Source: a virus
Taxonomy: Duplodnaviria; Caudoviricetes
Virus record (IMG/VR): IMGVR_UViG_3300028840_003815
Span: 1-61,424 of that record
Reading direction: 5' to 3' (one strand)
DNA length: 61,424 nt
The notes beneath the pieces are model-generated. The model was not told where the DNA came from and did no database searches. It worked only from the letters and a program-made list of their open reading frames with translations. The translations under genes were made by a program, and so were the position numbers. Below, one piece after another: positions 56,046 to 61,424 of this stretch (positions are counted from its first letter, which is position 1; the number at the start of each line of letters is the position of its first letter).

Positions 56046-56795
56046 ATGGCTGGAGGCACTGAATTATCAAAGACAAATTTTGCGTTAGGTAAAGGAGAAT
56101 TACTTTTTGATGAAAAAGTGGATGGCTCTTATACCGGTTTAATCCCATTCGGAAACGTACCGGAGTTATCAACTTCGTTTGAAATTGAATCGCTCCAGGT
56201 TTATTCCAGTATGGAAGGCTTGAAAAAACTTGAATTAGATCAAGTTATTTCGGTAGCTCCCAAAATTTCATTTGTTGTTAATAATATGACAGCCAGGAAT
56301 TTTGGTTTAAACACAATGGGAAATCAAACATCAGTTTCACAGGCTTCGGGGATAGATACAACTTTTGAGTTTACATCAAAAAAATTCCAGTATTTTGACA
56401 CTGGATATAGAGATATATCGGATGTAACAATTCCGACATATTCAGAAAATACGGATTTCATTGTTTATAGTAAAATGGGTTACATTTTCATCCCCGCCGA
56501 CTCCACAATTGCGGATGATACAACAGTAACAGCAACTTTTGATGTGGCAGCAAAAGATTATGAAAGCGTTTCAATGTTCACAAGAACAGCTATTGAAGGC
56601 AAGATGGTCTTTTTGGGTGCTAATCCATCTGGCTATCAGCCACTATGGAAGGATGTCCATGTATCACTCAAACCTGCAGGTGAACTGGCTTTTATTTCCG
56701 ATGGTGATGTTTTGTCAATGGCGTTTGAGGGAACAATTATAAGCAATGCCACTGCCAACCCCACCTATCCTTATGGAAAAATTGATTTATTATAA
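56046..56795 (+). CDS. major tail tube protein
   Basis: LGKGEL.F, GNVPEL, NP.G, V.L.P.G.L.FI. Confidence 0.85.
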   Translation: MAGGTELSKTNFALGKGELLFDEKVDGSYTGLIPFGNVPELSTSFEIESLQVYSSMEGLKKLELDQVISVAPKISFVVNNMTARNFGLNTMGNQTSVSQASGIDTTFEFTSKKFQYFDTGYRDISDVTIPTYSENTDFIVYSKMGYIFIPADSTIADDTTVTATFDVAAKDYESVSMFTRTAIEGKMVFLGANPSGYQPLWKDVHVSLKPAGELAFISDGDVLSMAFEGTIISNATANPTYPYGKIDLL

Positions 56796-56817
56796 TATCT
56801 AAATAAAAGGGGTGTAT

Positions 56818-57246
56818 ATGGCTCGTATTGCAAAGATTTTAAAGATTGAAGGCAGAAAAGAGTACACAATTAAGGAGTTGAAAAACAGCCATTCCAAACA
56901 AATTATCTTGATGATAAAAGAAATGGAAGACATAAACAGCTTCGATTCATTGACTGCCTTTTTTTCTCAAAATTTGAAAAAGATTTTAGAATGGGTTTCA
57001 AATATTCCGATTGAAGATTTTGAAGACTTTTCGCATTCCGAAACCGCTCAAGTCTGGGAAATGTTCAAGTCTATAAACCCTTTTTTTTTGCAAACAATCA
57101 AGCTGTTGAAAGTCAAAGAAAATCTGGGAAGGATGACAAACTTGGGATGGGAGGGGTTTATGATGGGTTATGCAAGATCGTTGCAAAACTTATCAGAAAC
57201 GGACACTCAGAAGCCTGGGATTACGGATGGCACTTCTCCGAAATAG
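56818..57246 (+). CDS. tail assembly chaperone (gpG-like)
   Basis: Between tube and tape measure; INPFFL slippery site. Confidence 0.75.
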   Translation: MARIAKILKIEGRKEYTIKELKNSHSKQIILMIKEMEDINSFDSLTAFFSQNLKKILEWVSNIPIEDFEDFSHSETAQVWEMFKSINPFFLQTIKLLKVKENLGRMTNLGWEGFMMGYARSLQNLSETDTQKPGITDGTSPK

Positions 57247-57437
57247 CAATAAATGAACTGATAGAATCACAACGGCAATATCAAAGAGATATTGCCGTTG
57301 CTATAAATATGGCTTTTGCTGATGAAAAGAAATTGAATGAGTTCCTTAATCCTGAAAATGAAAAGAAGACAGATAATGATAATGGATTAGGGGAATGGAA
57401 AAGACTCGCTAATACTTTAAATTCGCTCGGTAATTAA
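57090..57437 (+). CDS. gpT-like -1 frameshift extension of the tail chaperone
   Basis: -1 frame is open from CCCTTTTTTTTTG (57078-57090) to 57437. Confidence 0.7.
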   Translation, partial: ANNQAVESQRKSGKDDKLGMGGVYDGLCKIVAKLIRNGHSEAWDYGWHFSEIAINELIESQRQYQRDIAVAINMAFADEKKLNEFLNPENEKKTDNDNGLGEWKRLANTLNSLGN

Positions 57438-57443
57438 AAATTT

Positions 57444-60400
57444 ATGTCATCAAAAATTGAAATTATAATAGCTCTCAAAAATGCAACTAAAGCCGGATTG
57501 GATTCCGTAAAAAAAGGTTTAACCGGCATTCAGGGCGCTGCTAATAATGTTTCAGATTCCTTGTTTAATCTGAAAAGCGGGCTTGCGACTATCGGAGTGG
57601 GAGCGGGTTTAAATCAAGTCATTTCTACATTTGCAAGTTTTGATGACCAGATGCGGAGCGTGGGCGCTATTGCGGGAGCTACCGGAGATCAACTTGCGCT
57701 CATGACGGCTAAAGCCGAGGCTTTAGGCTCTGAAACTCGTTATTCTGCTACACAGGCAGCAGAGGGAATGCAGTTTTTATCAATGGCTGGCTTTGATGTA
57801 GGGCAGTCTATGGAAGCCATTGACGGCGTGTTAGAACTGGCAGCAGCTAACATGATGGACTTAGGGCAAGCTTCTGATATTGCCACAAATGTTTTATCCG
57901 GCATGAGTCTCCCCATTGAAGATTTAGGAAGGGTAAACGATGTTCTTACAAAAACTGCTTTTTCCGCAACTACAAGTGTAATAGAATTAGGGGAAGCAAT
58001 GAAGATTGCAGGCCCCGCAGCAGACGGTTCAAACATGTCATTGGAAAAGGTTGTTTCTGTTTTGGGTGGGCTTGGTAATAAAGGTATTCGAGGGGCGGAA
58101 GCGGGTAATGCAGTCAAGCGTATGCTTATGGCATTACAGTCTCCCACTGCCAGAGCAAAAAAACAGCTTTCTGATTTAGGAATAGAATTAACAGATCAAG
58201 AAGGGAAATTTCGAGGTTTAATTCCTATATTAAAAGATATGGGTAAATCCCAGATTGATCTTGCTCAGTCAACTGAAATTTTTGGCAAGTTTACAGCAAC
58301 ATCTGCCCTTGCTGCTGCTAAAAGTTCAATATCTATTGAAAATTTAGAACAAACACTCAAATCCGCAGCCGGAACAGCAAAGAAAGCTGCAACTGAAATG
58401 GAGGCCGGTCTCGGCGGTTCTATCAGGGCTTTAAAATCTGCATGGGAAGGTCTTCAAATTGCTTTTGGGAAAGGGCTTGAAAGCGGTGCTATAAGCTTTG
58501 TTCAATTCCTTACTGCTGAATTTAGAAATCTCACAGAAACAATAAAGGCTTTAAATACAGATGGTTCTCTTAATAAATGGAGAGATTTATTTGTAACAGC
58601 ACTTAAAGAAACGTATAATCAGATAGTTTCTTTTTCTAAAATTTTATTAGAATTGCTGGATATTTTTTCACCTGTAATAAAACAACTTATTGAAATAACA
58701 CCGTATGTAGTAGCTTTTGGAGCTGCTGCTTTCACGACTTCTAAATCTATCGAGTTGATGAATGGAGCTATCAGTCTAACAACTGCTGCAATGGATATGT
58801 TACGCAAAGTTTTTTATGCTGATATTTTAGGCACTTCTATTGCACGAATCCAAAGATTGACAATGGAGTTCGGTATTCTCCGCACGGCTGCAATGGGGAT
58901 GCAGGCGGTAATGAGTACGGTATGGGGGTTTTTCCTTGTTCCGGCTGCTATCGGCGTGGCATTAGGCACTTTGATTGCTAACTTTGACAAAGTAGCTGAT
59001 GCCGCTGTAATTTCATTTAATGCTGTAAGGAATGTTTTATCTGGAACAAGCAAAAAAAATCAGGCAGAATTAGAAAATTTAATAGCGATTACTGATAAAG
59101 TCATTAATAAGTATGCTGAATTTAAAAATGTAAAGCTTCCTGCTGATATTGCTTCAGAATCAATTCAATCGTTAAAAACACTTAATGATGAGTTGAATAG
59201 ATCAAAAACATATTGGAGTTCATATATTACACAATTAGAAGCCACAAACGATGGAAGTCGGGAAATGGCTATCCTAATTGAAGATGCAAAAGAGAAACTT
59301 AACGCAGTTAAATCTGCTCTTATATCAGTTCAACAGGAAATGCAAGCCTATGGTGAAAGCTATCAGTCTGCAATAGATCAGGCAAGTAAAGTACATGAGA
59401 ATCATTTAAAATTAATTAACGATCTTACTGAAAAGCAAATAACTGAAGAAATGGCAGCCCGCAGAAAAGCCCTGTCTGATGCTGAAAAAGCTTATAGGGA
59501 TTCCGGCAAAACAGAAACGGCTGAATTAGAAAAACTTCAGGCTGAAAAACAGAAAATTATTTCTGAATCTGAAAATAAAATTATTGGATTCCGCAAAGCT
59601 GCTGCTGAAAATATCCAGAGTACTGCGGCAGATGAGATCGCCATTGCAGAAAGTATCAGGGATGAAAAGTTACGGATTTTACAAGATCAACTTGAAAGGG
59701 AAGTAGTTAATCAAGGACAATTTTCACAACAAAAAAATGAAATTATAAAACAATACGAAGCTGAAAAAGTAAAGATTTCAGAAACTACTGAAAAAGCAGC
59801 AGCGAAAGCAATTGAGTCTATACAGAAAGAGAGTGTTAAGAATTATCTTAAAAGTGTAGAGTCTCGAAATAAGCAGGAAAAATTAATCTATGAGTCAAAA
59901 ATAAAAGAGATTGAGAAGCTTGAATCCAAAGGAGCTATTTCATATAAAAAAGCTAATGAACTAAAAGAAAAAGAAACCATTGATTTTTATAAGAAAATTG
60001 CAGATAGGGCAAGGGTAAATTTTGCGGACGCTGCAAAAGTTTATGATACAGATTCAACAAAATATATTGACTCTCTTGAAAATAAGCTTAAAGCAGAACA
60101 AAATTTAAGCGATAAAATTGTCGAGGTAAACAGAAATAAACAGCAACAAATAAAAGCCCTTGAGGATGCTGAACTCGGTTTAAGAAAAGCTCAAATGGAT
60201 GCGGAACTTGCAAAAACTGAGCAATGGCTTGAGGCCGGGGTTATTTCCGCAGAGACGGCTGCTTATAGAAAGATAGATGCTGAAAAAGAATTTTACACAT
60301 TCAAGCTTGATATGGCTAAAAAAGCCGTTTCTGAATTAGCTGAAGCCGGAAAACAGGAAACTGCTGATTATAAAAATGCGGTAGCTGAAAAAATTGCAGC

Positions 60401-61424
60401 AGAACAGGAGCTTGAAACTGTAAGGATTTCAGCTTATAAAAATGTTTCTCAAAATTTAAAAGAGGTTGGAACTGAAGCTAAAAAAACACTTGATACTGTT
60501 GATGGGAAAGAATCTACATTAAAAGTTAATACACAACAAGCCAAAGAAGGGATTCATGAAAGCAAATCCCTTTTTGAGCAATTCACAGTCGCAGCCGGGT
60601 CGCCTGTTCAGGTTCCTACAATAGATATTAATGCGGATTCAGGGGCAGGGCCGGTTCCGTTCCATGAGGGTATTCAGCAAATCACAGAAGATTTTGAAGC
60701 AATGAAAACTAAAGTTGCTGATGCTGAAATACGGGGAGTTGTAGGCTTTGACGTAGACAGCCAGACGCTTGATGACGGGTTGGGATATGTTCAATCTGCT
60801 TTTGATACACTTATGACTGACTTGTCCGGGCGTTCTACTCAGTACGGGGCTGACTTTGCTTCTATAATGCAAGATGGGGGTGCGGCTGCCATGACTATGG
60901 CTCAAGATGTTATTAGTCATGGAGAAGAAATGATTTCAGCACTTACGCAGTCTATTTCTGATTTCGGGAATCAGATAGCAGCCATTGAAGCGGAGATATT
61001 GGGGGTTGGAGCTAATACAGAAGAACAGATTCGGACGTTACAGCAGGGCTTGATGTCCGATTATGAAGTTTGGATGGCAGACAGAGCCAGAGTTGATGAG
61101 CTTTATGCCGAAGGAAAAGCGGCACTTGAGCAGGGGAATTATGAAAAGTCAAAAGAATTAATGCTGGCTGCTCAAGACTTGGCAAAAGGACTGGCTCAGG
61201 AAGTTACAGACGCTAATGGAGAAGTCGTTGTCTCATTGGAAGAAGCCACAACACAGGCGATTGCACTTGTTGAGCAGGCCGGGGCAGGAGCGACTACTGC
61301 ATTAGAAGGGCAGAGAGATGCTTTGTCAGGACAGCAGGATGCAGCCAGAAAAGAGTTGCAAAACACTGAAGCAGTTGTGTCTTCAATGCAGAATGCCATA
61401 GATCAATTTTCCTCAATGTTTAAA
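57444..61424 (+). CDS. tail tape-measure protein (TP901-family core), N-terminal part; 1597 aa in total with 1..957
   Basis: FASFDDQMRSVGAIAGATG..TRYSATQAAEGMQFLSMAG; runs off the end in frame with 1..957. Confidence 0.93.
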   Translation, partial: MSSKIEIIIALKNATKAGLDSVKKGLTGIQGAANNVSDSLFNLKSGLATIGVGAGLNQVISTFASFDDQMRSVGAIAGATGDQLALMTAKAEALGSETRYSATQAAEGMQFLSMAGFDVGQSMEAIDGVLELAAANMMDLGQASDIATNVLSGMSLPIEDLGRVNDVLTKTAFSATTSVIELGEAMKIAGPAADGSNMSLEKVVSVLGGLGNKGIRGAEAGNAVKRMLMALQSPTARAKKQLSDLGIELTDQEGKFRGLIPILKDMGKSQIDLAQSTEIFGKFTATSALAAAKSSISIENLEQTLKSAAGTAKKAATEMEAGLGGSIRALKSAWEGLQIAFGKGLESGAISFVQFLTAEFRNLTETIKALNTDGSLNKWRDLFVTALKETYNQIVSFSKILLELLDIFSPVIKQLIEITPYVVAFGAAAFTTSKSIELMNGAISLTTAAMDMLRKVFYADILGTSIARIQRLTMEFGILRTAAMGMQAVMSTVWGFFLVPAAIGVALGTLIANFDKVADAAVISFNAVRNVLSGTSKKNQAELENLIAITDKVINKYAEFKNVKLPADIASESIQSLKTLNDELNRSKTYWSSYITQLEATNDGSREMAILIEDAKEKLNAVKSALISVQQEMQAYGESYQSAIDQASKVHENHLKLINDLTEKQITEEMAARRKALSDAEKAYRDSGKTETAELEKLQAEKQKIISESENKIIGFRKAAAENIQSTAADEIAIAESIRDEKLRILQDQLEREVVNQGQFSQQKNEIIKQYEAEKVKISETTEKAAAKAIESIQKESVKNYLKSVESRNKQEKLIYESKIKEIEKLESKGAISYKKANELKEKETIDFYKKIADRARVNFADAAKVYDTDSTKYIDSLENKLKAEQNLSDKIVEVNRNKQQQIKALEDAELGLRKAQMDAELAKTEQWLEAGVISAETAAYRKIDAEKEFYTFKLDMAKKAVSELAEAGKQETADYKNAVAEKIAAEQELETVRISAYKNVSQNLKEVGTEAKKTLDTVDGKESTLKVNTQQAKEGIHESKSLFEQFTVAAGSPVQVPTIDINADSGAGPVPFHEGIQQITEDFEAMKTKVADAEIRGVVGFDVDSQTLDDGLGYVQSAFDTLMTDLSGRSTQYGADFASIMQDGGAAAMTMAQDVISHGEEMISALTQSISDFGNQIAAIEAEILGVGANTEEQIRTLQQGLMSDYEVWMADRARVDELYAEGKAALEQGNYEKSKELMLAAQDLAKGLAQEVTDANGEVVVSLEEATTQAIALVEQAGAGATTALEGQRDALSGQQDAARKELQNTEAVVSSMQNAIDQFSSMFK
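61281..61424. repeat. 144-bp direct terminal repeat, right copy
   Basis: Identical to 1-144. Confidence 0.97.

Noticed and set aside
57740-61399. Several short minus-strand ORFs
   Set aside because: Shadows of the tape-measure gene.
1-61424. Genome-wide stop-codon reassignment
   Set aside because: Core genes are intact in the standard code and TAA, TGA and TAG all end genes; only the TGA at 14131 is suspicious.

Overview
The window looks like a complete, circularly permuted, AT-rich tailed-phage genome of siphovirus type, with no sheath or baseplate genes seen. Bases 1-144 are repeated exactly at 61281-61424, giving a 61,280-bp circle. The cut falls inside the tape-measure gene (57444..end joined to 1..957, 1597 aa), which the ORF track therefore misses. 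Modules are: tail-tip genes (1-5 kb); a long, mostly minus-strand early/accessory region (5-30 kb) built from repeated promoter and hairpin cassettes, with thyX, a dNMP kinase-like gene, PAS, RyR and ferritin-like genes, an amidase, and RecE plus a gp3-like gene; replication (primase-helicase, a GGTAAC-iteron palindromic origin, RecD2, SSB); a regulatory/accessory block (36-46 kb); and packaging, head and tail genes (46-61 kb). No integrase, parA/parB, reverse transcriptase, tRNA or CRISPR array was recognised. The most unusual observations are: (i) three copies of a ~65-nt three-way-junction RNA element whose variable loop co-varies with a complementary hexamer beside the downstream ribosome-binding site; (ii) five host-type parS palindromes at gene junctions in a genome with no ParAB; (iii) an 18-bp inverted-repeat-bounded cassette carrying a truncated DUF262 (GmrSD-type) gene; (iv) an in-frame UGA separating a Cys-rich coiled-coil protein from a conserved KVTxCH...HGD domain; and (v) a stand-alone NrdD glycyl-radical C-terminal domain. 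All family assignments are by eye from motifs; no database searches were run.
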